This document shows, in pieces, positions 22,297 to 32,754 of a stretch of DNA of 64,000 nucleotides. The stretch is from a virus. The stretch is taken from IMG/VR virus record IMGVR_UViG_3300028859_000013, positions 32,001 through 96,000 of that record; one strand, 5' to 3'. Below the pieces are notes generated by a model. The model saw nothing but the letters and a program-made list of their open reading frames with translations, ran no database searches and had not been told where the DNA came from. The translations under genes were made by a program, and so were the position numbers. Within the stretch, counting starts at the first letter, position 1. Every line of letters begins with the position of its first letter.

Positions 22297-22656
22297 ATGA
22301 AGCATTTAAAAATATATGAAGCATTTAAAGAATCTGATGTCAAAATAGGAAATTATGTAATATTAAACGTTAAATTTAAAGATTTTGGATATTCTTTATC
22401 TGATAATCAAAAAAATACTCTTGTCGAATATTTAAATAATACAATATGTGAAATTGTTAATATAACTACTAGTTATTCTGGTATCCAAGAGATAGATGTT
22501 AAATATAATAATATACCGTTTACTCTTAATGATTGGTTCGGTGTAGGAAGAACTATTACATTAGATATTACAGATATTTTTGATATGTCAGATTCAAAAA
22601 AAGAACTAATTGATAGACATAATTTAAGGCAAGTAGTAAATAAATTTAATATATGA
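22297..22656 (+). CDS. MKxxKxFE...KFNI family protein
   Basis: Starts MKHLKIYE, ends NKFNI; contains IGNYV. Confidence 0.7.
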   Translation: MKHLKIYEAFKESDVKIGNYVILNVKFKDFGYSLSDNQKNTLVEYLNNTICEIVNITTSYSGIQEIDVKYNNIPFTLNDWFGVGRTITLDITDIFDMSDSKKELIDRHNLRQVVNKFNI

Positions 22657-22958
22657 AGTATTTAAAAATATATGAAAAATATAATAATTTGCCTATTCTT
22701 GGTGATTATGTCGTAGTTTATTGTGAATCAATGAATGAAAAATTTAACGATTTTATAAATAATAATATTGGTAAGTTAAATAATTACGGTAGAATAACAG
22801 ATCTTGCTTGGGTTGAGTATTTTAATATTCCAGAAGAATTAAAAAAACATTTTGATGATGATAAATATGCTATACTTAATACAAATACTATTAAATATTT
22901 TTCTAGTGACAAAAAAAATGTAGAAGCGTATTTGAAAGCTCAAAAATTTAATATATAA
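22653..22958 (+). CDS. MKxxKxFE...KFNI family protein
   Basis: Starts MKYLKIYE, ends QKFNI; GDYV..NNIGK. Confidence 0.7.
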   Translation: MKYLKIYEKYNNLPILGDYVVVYCESMNEKFNDFINNNIGKLNNYGRITDLAWVEYFNIPEELKKHFDDDKYAILNTNTIKYFSSDKKNVEAYLKAQKFNI

Positions 22959-22961
22959 AAT

Positions 22962-23477
22962 ATGAAATTGAAAAGATTTAATGAAAGTGTTCATGAAGAT
23001 TATGTCGAAATACTTCAAGATAAAATTAAAAATGATAAAAAAATTATTAATAGATTTGAATTTTATTTTGATAACATGAGTAATACATTTGAATGGGATT
23101 CTGATAATATTACAATATTTGCAACTCCTTATTGGGAAGAAAATTTAAATTTACCTATTGATATTCTTATTGATGATACCGATCGTAATATTGTTTTTGA
23201 ATTAAAAGAATTAACTTCACAAAAAGACGTTGATAATACTATAAATTATTATTATGAAATAATAGATTCATTAACATTAAAATTAAATAAAATATCAGAA
23301 TTGAATAGTGTTATTCCTATTATATTAAATAAATTGAGTATTATAAAATTTGATAATATTATTATAAAATCTATTGACGATATAAAAAAATATGATATTG
23401 ATGAATTAGTAAAATTATATAATTACTTATATAAACAATATCCTGAAATATTTTTAGCTAAAAATTTTAATATATAA
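22962..23477 (+). CDS. MKxxKxFE...KFNI family protein
   Basis: Starts MKLKRFNE, ends KNFNI. Confidence 0.7.
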   Translation: MKLKRFNESVHEDYVEILQDKIKNDKKIINRFEFYFDNMSNTFEWDSDNITIFATPYWEENLNLPIDILIDDTDRNIVFELKELTSQKDVDNTINYYYEIIDSLTLKLNKISELNSVIPIILNKLSIIKFDNIIIKSIDDIKKYDIDELVKLYNYLYKQYPEIFLAKNFNI

Positions 23478-23480
23478 AAA

Positions 23481-23822
23481 ATGAAATATTTAAAAAAATT
23501 TGAAAGTTTCAATTGGAATTCTTTAATAGATATTAAAATAGGAGATTATGTGATAATTGATTCTAGTAAATTGTCAAATTTTATGATTAAAAATAATGTT
23601 GATATATATAGAAATTTTTTGAATAGTAATATAGGTAAAATTATTAATATTAGTCGTGTGCTTGATAATATTAGAGTTAAATATGAAAATATACCTGATA
23701 TTATTAAAGATTATTTTGAAGAAGATAATTCTATATTTTTACATCCGTCAAAAATAAAATATTTTTCTAAAACAATAGATGACTTAAAATTGAAATTAGA
23801 TACTGATAAATTTAATTTATAA
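23481..23822 (+). CDS. MKxxKxFE...KFNI family protein
   Basis: Starts MKYLKKFE, ends DKFNL; GDYV..NIGK, paralog of 22653. Confidence 0.7.
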   Translation: MKYLKKFESFNWNSLIDIKIGDYVIIDSSKLSNFMIKNNVDIYRNFLNSNIGKIINISRVLDNIRVKYENIPDIIKDYFEEDNSIFLHPSKIKYFSKTIDDLKLKLDTDKFNL

Positions 23823-23825
23823 AAA

Positions 23826-24521
23826 ATGAAATATTTAAAAAAATTTGAAGGATTGATAAAAACTTATGATTATAATATAATCATAAAATTATTAAATAAT
23901 TTACTTGTTAAATATAATGAAAATGATAGTAATATAAGGCAATCCGCACAAGGTATTTATGCTAGATTTTCAAAAAAATTCATTAAAAAATCATATCTTG
24001 ATATTTTAAATATATTGAAAGTTTGTGGTTATGTAATATCTTCATATAGTTATGATGAGAAAAAAAGAATTAATAAACAACCAGAAAATAATAATATTTT
24101 ATCTGATATTTATACATATATTAATTTTACACTTATAAAAAAGTTTGATATCGAAAATATAGATAATATAGATAATTTATATCACGTTACTGATAAAAAA
24201 AATATTAAAAATATATTAAAAAACGGATTAATTCCAAAATCAAATAATAAAATAGAATCACATCCAGATAGAATTTATTTAATGAGTAATTTAACTGGAG
24301 CTAATCATTATTTGCGATTACTAGAAGATAAATATGGAGATTATTCTGGCGATAGGTTTATAATATTAAAAATTAATAAAAAATTAATAAATATAAAATT
24401 ATATTATGACCCAATGTATCTTAGGTCAGAAAAAAACGTTGAAGTATCTGGATTTGACGCATTTTATACATATGATAATATTTCACCTGATTCTATAGAA
24501 TTACTTACTATTGATTATTAA
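23826..24521 (+). CDS. Putative ADP-ribosyltransferase-fold (KptA/DUF952-like) protein with capsid-targeting-like N-terminus
   Basis: LYHVT....I..ILKNGL.P, RIYL and terminal ISPDSI motifs; starts MKYLKKFE. Confidence 0.6.
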   Translation: MKYLKKFEGLIKTYDYNIIIKLLNNLLVKYNENDSNIRQSAQGIYARFSKKFIKKSYLDILNILKVCGYVISSYSYDEKKRINKQPENNNILSDIYTYINFTLIKKFDIENIDNIDNLYHVTDKKNIKNILKNGLIPKSNNKIESHPDRIYLMSNLTGANHYLRLLEDKYGDYSGDRFIILKINKKLINIKLYYDPMYLRSEKNVEVSGFDAFYTYDNISPDSIELLTIDY

Positions 24522-24691
24522 AAATATGTCATAGTTAATAGGTGTAATCTTTTTTTAAATTTACATTATAAATATCTTTAATTTTTGTATATGTTTCCTT
24601 CTATGAATTCTAATATAGAATCATAAAAAAGTTTCATATTTATTTTTTAATGTAAACAACATTATCACCAATTTTAATATTTTATGATATT

Positions 24692-25009
24692 TTATATTAA
24701 CCAATTATTTTCATCAATAATCTCAATTTCTAATATTATTTCATTATCTTTTTTTAAATATATTTTATTATCGTCCCATTTCTGATAAGTATTAACATTT
24801 AGTGTAATATTATTAAATAAACCAACAGTATATATTTTTTGATCTTTATTTAAACTTGGTAATTTATATAAACTACTATCACACAAAATAGTAGCAATAT
24901 TTCCATTTGTTTCTATATTATCAACATTTTCATCAATGTGTGATATGATATCATCTTCTAATTGTTTTTGTGATAAAATACCGGTTTTTTCTGTTATTTT
25001 AATTTTCAT
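24692..25009 (-). CDS. Hypothetical protein
   Basis: ORF coupled to 24999..25592. Confidence 0.5.
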   Translation of the reverse strand: MKIKITEKTGILSQKQLEDDIISHIDENVDNIETNGNIATILCDSSLYKLPSLNKDQKIYTVGLFNNITLNVNTYQKWDDNKIYLKKDNEIILEIEIIDENNWLI

Positions 25010-25592
25010 GTTTTTTAATTATTTTTATTATATAATATGCTTTTTCAGGAAACATTCCTATATCAATTAATGCTATTTTAATATTATTTTTATCATTTAA
25101 AGCATTTTCGTTAGTAGCTACAATGATACCTGGCTGATCAATATTAGTTTTATACCCAAATATGATTTCGTCATTTAAATATTCAGAAATAATGATAGGT
25201 ATATTAATATTTTTTTCATTTATAATATCTATTAAATCATTATTGTTTTTTGTGATATGTATTTTTTTAGGTATTATAATAAATTTATCATCATATCCAA
25301 TTTTGATAGTTGATTCTTTTAATATTTTAAAATTATCATTAATATAATTCGCTATTTCATCAATATTAATATTAATATTTGTTGAATTTCTTTTAATATC
25401 TTTAATTTTATTTATAAAAATTTTTTCAATAAGTTCAGGAATATTTTCTAAATCATCAATTTTAAACGTGCCTGCAGATACTGTCTTAGTATATACATTA
25501 TTATCTTCATTAACATATAGTAAAGATATTTTTTCTAAATTGTCAGTTTCTTTTACTGATATATAATCTAATGTTTTTATTTTTTCTAACAT
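24999..25592 (-). CDS. Hypothetical protein
   Basis: ORF preceded by AAAC-N16-TATATA. Confidence 0.55.
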   Translation of the reverse strand: MLEKIKTLDYISVKETDNLEKISLLYVNEDNNVYTKTVSAGTFKIDDLENIPELIEKIFINKIKDIKRNSTNININIDEIANYINDNFKILKESTIKIGYDDKFIIIPKKIHITKNNNDLIDIINEKNINIPIIISEYLNDEIIFGYKTNIDQPGIIVATNENALNDKNNIKIALIDIGMFPEKAYYIIKIIKKHEN

Positions 25593-25640
25593 ATCATTTT
25601 TATTTTAATATATATACTAATAAAAAATAAGTTTAAAAAT

Positions 25641-26384
25641 ATGAAGACATATATTCAATTTATAAATGAAGCAAGTATTGGAGATCTTTTTAAAAATCAA
25701 GTAGAACTATTTCTATCTAATGATAGAGAAGATAAACAATTGTTTGCTGAAAGTAAAACATTAGGTAAAAAAATTTTAGAAGATTCTACCATTGTACTTA
25801 AATGTAAAAATTATATAATTAATTCATTTTCTCAAATGGGATATGATAAATTAAGCATAGAAAATATAGAATTAACTTTTTATGAACCTGAAAATATAAT
25901 AGTCGGTATTATTCCAGATGGAGTTCTAAAAAATTTTGGTAAAACTGGTCATAGTGTATCTTTAAGAAAACTTAATATAATAGTTTTTGAAAAATCTCAA
26001 TGGAAAAATGATGTTGAAGGTTGGATAATACATGAAGTTGGTCATGTTATATCTTGGAGAGATTATAAAGATTCACCGAAAATAAAAAATGAATTTATTA
26101 CTGGAACTAAAGTCGATGCTAATTCTAATGTATTTGACTCAAAAGATTGCTTCGGTTATAATGGATATCCAAATGTTTGGTTCGAATATATACCATTTAT
26201 AAATCAAATTAAATTTTTATTGAAATCAAATTCTCCAGAAAATACAATTAGATTAATGATGAAAGATTATGAAGTAGAACATAATCCTGACGAATTGATG
26301 AAATATGAACAAATTTTTATAAATTATTTGAATTGCGTATTAGGTGAAAAAAGTGAAATAAAAAATAAATATATAACATTATAA
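25641..26384 (+). CDS. Putative zinc metallopeptidase with T4 capsid-targeting-like N-terminus
   Basis: HEVGH (HExxH); starts MKTYIQFINE. Confidence 0.6.
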   Translation: MKTYIQFINEASIGDLFKNQVELFLSNDREDKQLFAESKTLGKKILEDSTIVLKCKNYIINSFSQMGYDKLSIENIELTFYEPENIIVGIIPDGVLKNFGKTGHSVSLRKLNIIVFEKSQWKNDVEGWIIHEVGHVISWRDYKDSPKIKNEFITGTKVDANSNVFDSKDCFGYNGYPNVWFEYIPFINQIKFLLKSNSPENTIRLMMKDYEVEHNPDELMKYEQIFINYLNCVLGEKSEIKNKYITL

Positions 26385-26395
26385 AAATAATAAAG

Positions 26396-26773
26396 ATGAA
26401 AAAAATAAAAACATTCGAAAATTTTACAGCACAAAATGAAATTAATGTTATTATTGATACTTCTGCAAGTATGTCAGATGATCAATTACAAAAAGCTATA
26501 ACTGAAATAGATATGATAGATGATTACTGTTGTAATATTAATGTTATACAAGTATCAGATAAAATTGATGATGTTACTGTAATTAATAATATACATAATT
26601 TATTATATTTGAAATTTAAATTTGGTGCTGGAGGTTCTGATTTACGTGCAGCAATAGATTATATTATTGATAATGACTTAAATGATAATAAAACATATAT
26701 TATATCAGATTTCATTTTACCTAAAATAGATTTCTCAGAATTATCAGATTACGAAAAAATAGTAGTAGAATAA
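26396..26773 (+). CDS. Stand-alone VWA-like domain protein
   Basis: INVIIDTSASM, GGSD and IISD match the VWA of 10920..12506; starts MKKIKTFE. Confidence 0.7.
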   Translation: MKKIKTFENFTAQNEINVIIDTSASMSDDQLQKAITEIDMIDDYCCNINVIQVSDKIDDVTVINNIHNLLYLKFKFGAGGSDLRAAIDYIIDNDLNDNKTYIISDFILPKIDFSELSDYEKIVVE

Positions 26774-26814
26774 TTAATTTTATTCTTGATATATTATAAA
26801 ATAAAATATGAAAT

Positions 26815-27066
26815 ATGAAATACTTAAAAAAATATGAGATCGTTAATCAAAACCCAAAAATTGATGATTATGTTATTTTAAATGATATGCCATCAGTAAT
26901 AGGTAGAATAAAAGAAGTCAATAGAAATTTTACATATTATATTAAATTTATAGGTAATAGTTATATTACTGATAGAAGAGTTTTTTCAACATCTGAGATT
27001 AAATATTGGAGCGAGAATAAGAAAGAATTAGAGTTAATAGCTGATACAAATAAATTTAACATATAA
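26815..27066 (+). CDS. MKxxKxFE...KFNI family protein
   Basis: Starts MKYLKKYE, ends NKFNI. Confidence 0.7.
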   Translation: MKYLKKYEIVNQNPKIDDYVILNDMPSVIGRIKEVNRNFTYYIKFIGNSYITDRRVFSTSEIKYWSENKKELELIADTNKFNI

Positions 27067-27076
27067 TATTTAAAAA

Positions 27077-27565
27077 ATGAAGACATATATACAATTTATA
27101 AAAGAAGATAATAATTAAAAATTATCTGATGATAAATATGAAATTAAATATGAAAAATGGAAAAAATCAGATTATTCTGAATGTTATATGGCATATAACC
27201 TTTATAAAAATGATCAATTAGTAGCTGGTATTTCAAATGATAGTAAAGATAAAATGAAAGTTGTTGTTAGACACATTGAAAATTTTTCAACTGAAAAAGG
27301 AATGACAACAAAATTATTATTTATGTTGTTAGATATGAATGTTTCTATTGATACTGGTAAACCAAATTATAATTCAATTTCAACTACTGCATATAATATG
27401 AATAAAAAAATAGTGGAAATAATAAATAATAGTAAAGGTAAATATAAAGCAACTATTTTAGGTCCTGCTAATAATAAAGGCAAAGAAAATGAAGAAAAAT
27501 ATAAAGATGTCGCAGGTAAAAATACTAAATCAGATAATTATCATTATAGATTTCAAAAAATATAA
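27077..27565 (+). pseudogene. Capsid-targeting-like protein interrupted by in-frame TAA at codon 14
   Basis: MKTYIQFIKEDNN*KLSDDKYE... is in frame with track ORF 27188..27565. Confidence 0.6.
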
Positions 27566-27747
27566 TATATAAATCTATTATATATAAATATTTTTTTTTA
27601 CTTTTTCATTTTTTATTAAAATACTCAATATATAAGCACCTATTTAGGTAAATAAATTTATTTATTGGTTTTTTTCATTACAGTGTGTTAGATTTAATAT
27701 ATAGACTGAATTATATATTTAATTTATAAAAAATAATCTAATAAAAA

Positions 27748-28311
27748 ATGGGATTAGCACACTTTACAGCAGTGGATACGGCAAGAGAAAAATGGGAACC
27801 TATTCACAAGAATCTATACGAGACTACAATTATTTTACCAACTGTTCTCCAATCACTACATCCAAACGCAACACACTTACTTTTGGAAAATACAAAATCA
27901 GCAAAGTTTCCAGCTTATCCTGATTTATCAACTGGTGTTCAAAGATTTAAATACTCTACAAGAGTTTTTATTATGATGCCAGAAAAAACACATATAGATG
28001 ATTTATCTATTGTATTTAATCTTAACCAAAATGATGACTATCAAATATTTTGCTTTAAAATGCTAAAAGATTGGTACGATTTAGGCTGGAATAACGAAAC
28101 TGGTACTCTTCATTATAAGAAAAATACGGTTGGAGATATTATTATTCATGCTCATGATAAAGAAGGTAAAGTTATTCGTAGGGTAACATACCATAACGTT
28201 ATGATGAAAAGCTTTACAGGATTTGAAGATCTAAGTTGGGAAAGTTCAACTGATATTTTCGACCTTACTGCAAACTTCGTTGCAGATTATTGGGAAGATT
28301 TCTACTATTAA
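27748..28311 (+). CDS. Tail tube protein (T4 gp19-like)
   Basis: 187 aa; EP..KNLYE, W.DL, YKK, LSWE and F..DYW tube-like motifs; TTTAATATATA upstream; near sheath. Confidence 0.75.
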   Translation: MGLAHFTAVDTAREKWEPIHKNLYETTIILPTVLQSLHPNATHLLLENTKSAKFPAYPDLSTGVQRFKYSTRVFIMMPEKTHIDDLSIVFNLNQNDDYQIFCFKMLKDWYDLGWNNETGTLHYKKNTVGDIIIHAHDKEGKVIRRVTYHNVMMKSFTGFEDLSWESSTDIFDLTANFVADYWEDFYY

Positions 28312-28425
28312 AATTTTATGAATTTTTAAAAATTAATAGGTATAAAAACCTATTAATTTTTAAATTTTTAGATTACTGGGAAGAAAATAAATTAAACAAA
28401 AAACAAAAAATCATATATATAAAAT

Positions 28426-29112
28426 ATGAAAAAAATATGTAGAATTTGTAAAGAAAATAAAGAATTAAGTGAGTTTCATAAAAAATGTAATACTTTTGAT
28501 GGTCATAGAAGTGAATGTAAAGAATGTATTAAAGATATTCAAAAAAAATATAAAGAAAAACCTGATTTTAAAGAAAAAAGAAAAGAATATGATAAAGATC
28601 GTTATGATGAAAATAGAGAAAAAATATTAGATAGGAAAAAAGAATATCACATTGAAAACAGAGAAAAAATATTGGAGAAAAAAAAGGAATATCATAGTAA
28701 ACCAGAAGTAAAAGAAAAAATGAAGGATTATAGTAAATATTATAGAACAGAATGTAAAGATAAGTTTTATAAGTATAGGAACAACAATCCTCACATTATA
28801 GTATGGCGTTCGGTATTAAATTCCACGTTAAAGAGATTAGGAACTATGAAGGAGGGTAACACGATAGATATATTAGGTTATTCTGCATTAGAGTTAAAGG
28901 AGCACATTGAGAATTTATTTACTCCTGGAATGACTTGGAATAATCATGGTGATTGGCATATAGATCATATAATAGGTGTTATAAATTTTACCAGTGATTC
29001 TGACATTAGGGAAGTATGTTCATTAAGTAATTTACGTCCATTATGGTCGACTACGAGGGAGATAGATGGTATAATATATGAAGGAAATTTAAACAGGAGT
29101 AAGATTAATTAG
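28426..29112 (+). CDS. HNH homing endonuclease
   Basis: N-terminal CxxC..CKEC; GMTWNNHGDWHIDH..NLRPLW. Confidence 0.78.
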   Translation: MKKICRICKENKELSEFHKKCNTFDGHRSECKECIKDIQKKYKEKPDFKEKRKEYDKDRYDENREKILDRKKEYHIENREKILEKKKEYHSKPEVKEKMKDYSKYYRTECKDKFYKYRNNNPHIIVWRSVLNSTLKRLGTMKEGNTIDILGYSALELKEHIENLFTPGMTWNNHGDWHIDHIIGVINFTSDSDIREVCSLSNLRPLWSTTREIDGIIYEGNLNRSKIN

Positions 29113-29124
29113 AAAAAGATTCCA

Positions 29125-29340
29125 TTAGGAATCTTTTTCTATATTTTTAGGTTTTTTATCGAACATTACGATTAATGCGATTGCTGCAAAAATATCTACC
29201 CATAATATATTAATTGGATGTATACCTATTAGTCCGCATGTTGCTCCGATAATAAATGCTACAGTTATTGGAATTAAAGCATACCATTTCCAGCCTTTTC
29301 TCCACACTAAGATTGTTAAAATAATTTCTATTATACCCAT
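29125..29340 (-). CDS. Small membrane protein
   Basis: Hydrophobic helices; AAAC-N16-TATATA upstream. Confidence 0.55.
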   Translation of the reverse strand: MGIIEIILTILVWRKGWKWYALIPITVAFIIGATCGLIGIHPINILWVDIFAAIALIVMFDKKPKNIEKDS

Positions 29341-29385
29341 AATTTATTTTTATTTTTTATATAGAAATAGATTATTAAAGTTTAA

Positions 29386-30486
29386 TTAAAAATAATAGTT
29401 ATCATCATAGAAATCTGATAAAAAATTTAGCCAAGCATTTATTGCATTTTCATTATATTTTTTAAGAGATATTAAGTTTTTCTTAGTATATGATTCTTTA
29501 TTTTTTATAGTATTACTTAGTTGTTTACACATTGAGTTTACACTATTTGGATCTGATATTCCTGTAGATACCCAATTTATTTCGTTTGATACTACAACAG
29601 GAACGTTCATAAATACAGCATCTGCTGTTACGATATTAAATGTTTCAGTTAATGATACTTGCATTAATATATCCATTTTACTTAGTAGATTAAGAAAGTT
29701 TTCTCTATTTAGCCATTCAATTTCGATTAAGTTATGTTTAGTATTATTGAATAATGCTTTAATATTTTTATAAACATTAGCGCCAGATTGTTCTAGTCTA
29801 CTATAATTGATATAGAAATTTACAATTGTATTATTTTCTTCTCCAAATTTTATAGCTGCAACAGCTTGGTTTAGTTGATTTTTCAATGGTCTAATTGCGC
29901 CGAAGCATCCAATATTATATGATTCTTTAATTTTTATTTTTGAAAATAATTTAAAAAAATTACCACATTTTTTTTTAATTATAATATCTTCATATATATT
30001 TGGTAGATATATATTTTTTATGCCTATTGAATTTAGATCTTTATGAGTTATTTCATTATTAAATGAAACTTCAACATTTTCAATTTTCAAATATTCTTTA
30101 ATCCATGTAATAGCGATTCCTTCCATTGCTAAAAATGGAATTTTACTATGTATTCTTATAATAAATTTTATATTTGGATATAATTTATGTAATTCTGATA
30201 TTTTTTCAGGAGTTACCCAAATTGCTTCAATTATACATATATTTGGTTTTATTTTGAATAATTTATTATCAATGTCGTTACCATCAATACACAATTCTAC
30301 ATCAGATTGAATATTTGGTAGAGTTGATATAAAATTTGAAACAAGTCTAGCAGAATTATACAATCCAGATTTTAATTTACCAAATGAATAATCTGGTGAA
30401 TCATTATAGCCTGAATTGTCACTATACTCCGAATTATAGTCTGAGCAATAAGTTTGAGATTTTTTAAGTAAGAATAAAATTTTCAT
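29386..30486 (-). CDS. GT-B (GT4-like) glycosyltransferase
   Basis: GAIRPLKN and SLTETFNIVTADA....PVV motifs. Confidence 0.8.
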   Translation of the reverse strand: MKILFLLKKSQTYCSDYNSEYSDNSGYNDSPDYSFGKLKSGLYNSARLVSNFISTLPNIQSDVELCIDGNDIDNKLFKIKPNICIIEAIWVTPEKISELHKLYPNIKFIIRIHSKIPFLAMEGIAITWIKEYLKIENVEVSFNNEITHKDLNSIGIKNIYLPNIYEDIIIKKKCGNFFKLFSKIKIKESYNIGCFGAIRPLKNQLNQAVAAIKFGEENNTIVNFYINYSRLEQSGANVYKNIKALFNNTKHNLIEIEWLNRENFLNLLSKMDILMQVSLTETFNIVTADAVFMNVPVVVSNEINWVSTGISDPNSVNSMCKQLSNTIKNKESYTKKNLISLKKYNENAINAWLNFLSDFYDDNYYF

Positions 30487-30662
30487 ATATAAGTTTTTTT
30501 TTTAATTGTTAAATAAGTTTTAATATTTTTTATAACTTATATATAAAAATATATTGTTAAATAATTGATAAAATACTAATTATTATGATATAAAAATAAA
30601 AAAATATATTTTTATGGTGGGACAGAATCTTTTTTATATATAATCAAAAAATAATTAATTAT

Positions 30663-31619
30663 ATGAGTAATAATTCAAATAATAAGAAAGAAGAAGATGC
30701 ATTATCTTATTTAGAAAATAATTTTGTTGATGATAAAGATGATATTGTTTCTATAAAAAAGCCAGATATGTCATATTTAGATAATAATGTACCATCTAAT
30801 GAATATATTATTATTCCATTAAATATTTTACCTTGCGGAATATTTTATAAAAATGGTACAAAAATTAGTATTAGAGCGGCTAGAGTACAGGAAGTTCAGG
30901 CTTATTCGGTAGTTGATGATAAGAATTACCTTGATATTACTGAAAAAATGAATCAGATATTAAGTGGATGTGTAAGATTTTTTAATCCAAATGGCAAACA
31001 AGGTTCATATAAAGATATTAGAGATGGTGATAGATTATTTCTAATTTTCATGATTAGAGAATTAACATTTCCAGGTGGTAAAAATTTATCAAAAGAAGTT
31101 GTATGTGGTAATTGTGGTAATGAATTTAAGATGGAATTAAGAGCAACAAGTTCAACTACTGTAGAGAAATCTTTTGTAAATCATGATATACCTGAAAAAT
31201 TAAAGAAATTTTTTGATCCTATTAATAAAGTTTTTGTATTTAAAATTGATGGAGTTGATTATAATTTAGCTCCTCCTACAATTGGAATTCAGGAAACATT
31301 TTTTGGAGATATTAAAAATAAAATTCAAGGAGAAAAAAATCCAAACGTTGCATTTTTGAAATTGGAATCATTTTTGTTACATGATAGAAATAACATAACA
31401 GAAGATGGTATAAAAGTAAAAGAGCAAGAATTTAAAAGAATGGATATGAAAACTTTTCAAATTTTAAATCAAGCAGTTAATCAAATGTTATTTGGTATAA
31501 AAGAAATGAAAAATCAGTGTCCAAGTTGTGGAATGGAGGTCCATACTGATATGAGCTTTCCCACAGGAGCCTCAAATATTTTCGTTATTCCAGATGCCTT
31601 TGGAGACTATTTTGGATAA
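30663..31619 (+). CDS. Baseplate hub assembly protein (T4 gp26-like)
   Basis: LP..G..Y, D..FL..IR..T and two CxxCG motifs; tail gene context. Confidence 0.6.
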   Translation: MSNNSNNKKEEDALSYLENNFVDDKDDIVSIKKPDMSYLDNNVPSNEYIIIPLNILPCGIFYKNGTKISIRAARVQEVQAYSVVDDKNYLDITEKMNQILSGCVRFFNPNGKQGSYKDIRDGDRLFLIFMIRELTFPGGKNLSKEVVCGNCGNEFKMELRATSSTTVEKSFVNHDIPEKLKKFFDPINKVFVFKIDGVDYNLAPPTIGIQETFFGDIKNKIQGEKNPNVAFLKLESFLLHDRNNITEDGIKVKEQEFKRMDMKTFQILNQAVNQMLFGIKEMKNQCPSCGMEVHTDMSFPTGASNIFVIPDAFGDYFG

Positions 31620-31848
31620 TAAATTTGGATTTATGGATGTTGATCATATTGCGCCTAGATATATAGATGAATTAGCTTGGTGGGAATATGAAGAATATGT
31701 AAAAAGATTAAATGCTAGAATTGAAAGAGATAATAAGCAGCAAAAAGAAACATCATCATCAACTGATAATTCAAGTATGTCAAATTATGCTAATAAAATG
31801 CCTAATATGAATTCTATGATGAACAATCTTGGTAAATATAAACCTTAA
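31594..31848 (+). CDS. Small baseplate or tail assembly protein (T4 gp51-like)
   Basis: F.FM..H....IDELAWWEYEEYV pattern directly after the gp26-like gene. Confidence 0.5.
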   Translation: MPLETILDNKFGFMDVDHIAPRYIDELAWWEYEEYVKRLNARIERDNKQQKETSSSTDNSSMSNYANKMPNMNSMMNNLGKYKP

Positions 31849-32059
31849 TAAAAAATCACTATTTTTTAATAGTGATTTTTTATATATATCGAATCCAGAA
31901 CATAAAAAATATTATAAATTATATTATTAAAAAATATTCTGATTTCATGAAAGAAGTATAAATTGAAAGAAGTATAAAAAATTTTTTAATTTATAAAAAT
32001 ATTGTTAATTTAATTGATTTTTTATATTTATATATATACCAAATTAAAAAATTATAAGC

Positions 32060-32266
32060 ATGTCAAGAATAAATACTTATAGACAATTTTTAAATGAATT
32101 ATTTACTATAACATCTGATGAATTGCCTATAATTGATGATATGGCAGATAATATACATTGGAGAAAAGGTGATAAATTTGCGTTTATTGATTTTAATGGA
32201 ATAAAAGATATCCCAATTAGTATTAATAATAAGGAATTAATAAATACTACTATTAAAAATAAATAA
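32060..32266 (+). CDS. Small protein with capsid-targeting-like N-terminus (possibly truncated)
   Basis: Starts MSRINTYRQFLNE. Confidence 0.45.
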   Translation: MSRINTYRQFLNELFTITSDELPIIDDMADNIHWRKGDKFAFIDFNGIKDIPISINNKELINTTIKNK

Positions 32267-32279
32267 TAATTTATACTTT

Positions 32280-32753
32280 ATGATAAATTTTGATGAATAT
32301 ATAACAGAACTCAAATCTAATAAGCAAAAAACTCATAAACTTTCTGGAGTAGTTTTAATATGTAATAATAAGATATTATTAGTAAGACCAAAAAAGTTTA
32401 AGAAAAAAGAAAAAAAATGGTCTATTCCTAAGGGACATGTTGAAGATGATATGAGTATAATAAAAACTGCAATTATAGAATTAAGAGAAGAAGCAGGAAT
32501 AAAATTATCGAAGAAACAGATGAAATCAAGTGATAAATTTGTTATAAAATATGAAAAATCTGGAGTTAATAAAATATTAACTTGTTATGTTGTAGATATT
32601 GAATATGGTGATATTAACATTAAATTAGTTAATGATATGATTTTAAAAAATTTTTTAAAGAATGAAATTATAGAAGCTGGATTTTTTTCAAAAGAAGATG
32701 CAGAAAAACTTATAGAATCACAACAATTAGAAATTTTAAAAATTTTAAAATAA
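32280..32753 (+). CDS. NUDIX hydrolase
   Basis: Nudix box PKGHVE.....TAIIELREEAGI; starts MINFDEYITE. Confidence 0.85.
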   Translation: MINFDEYITELKSNKQKTHKLSGVVLICNNKILLVRPKKFKKKEKKWSIPKGHVEDDMSIIKTAIIELREEAGIKLSKKQMKSSDKFVIKYEKSGVNKILTCYVVDIEYGDINIKLVNDMILKNFLKNEIIEAGFFSKEDAEKLIESQQLEILKILK

Positions 32754-32754
32754 T

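Noticed and set aside
31594-31619. Programmed frameshift joining the gp26-like and gp51-like ORFs
   Set aside because: No clear X XXY YYZ slippery site, and the downstream ORF has its own ATG.
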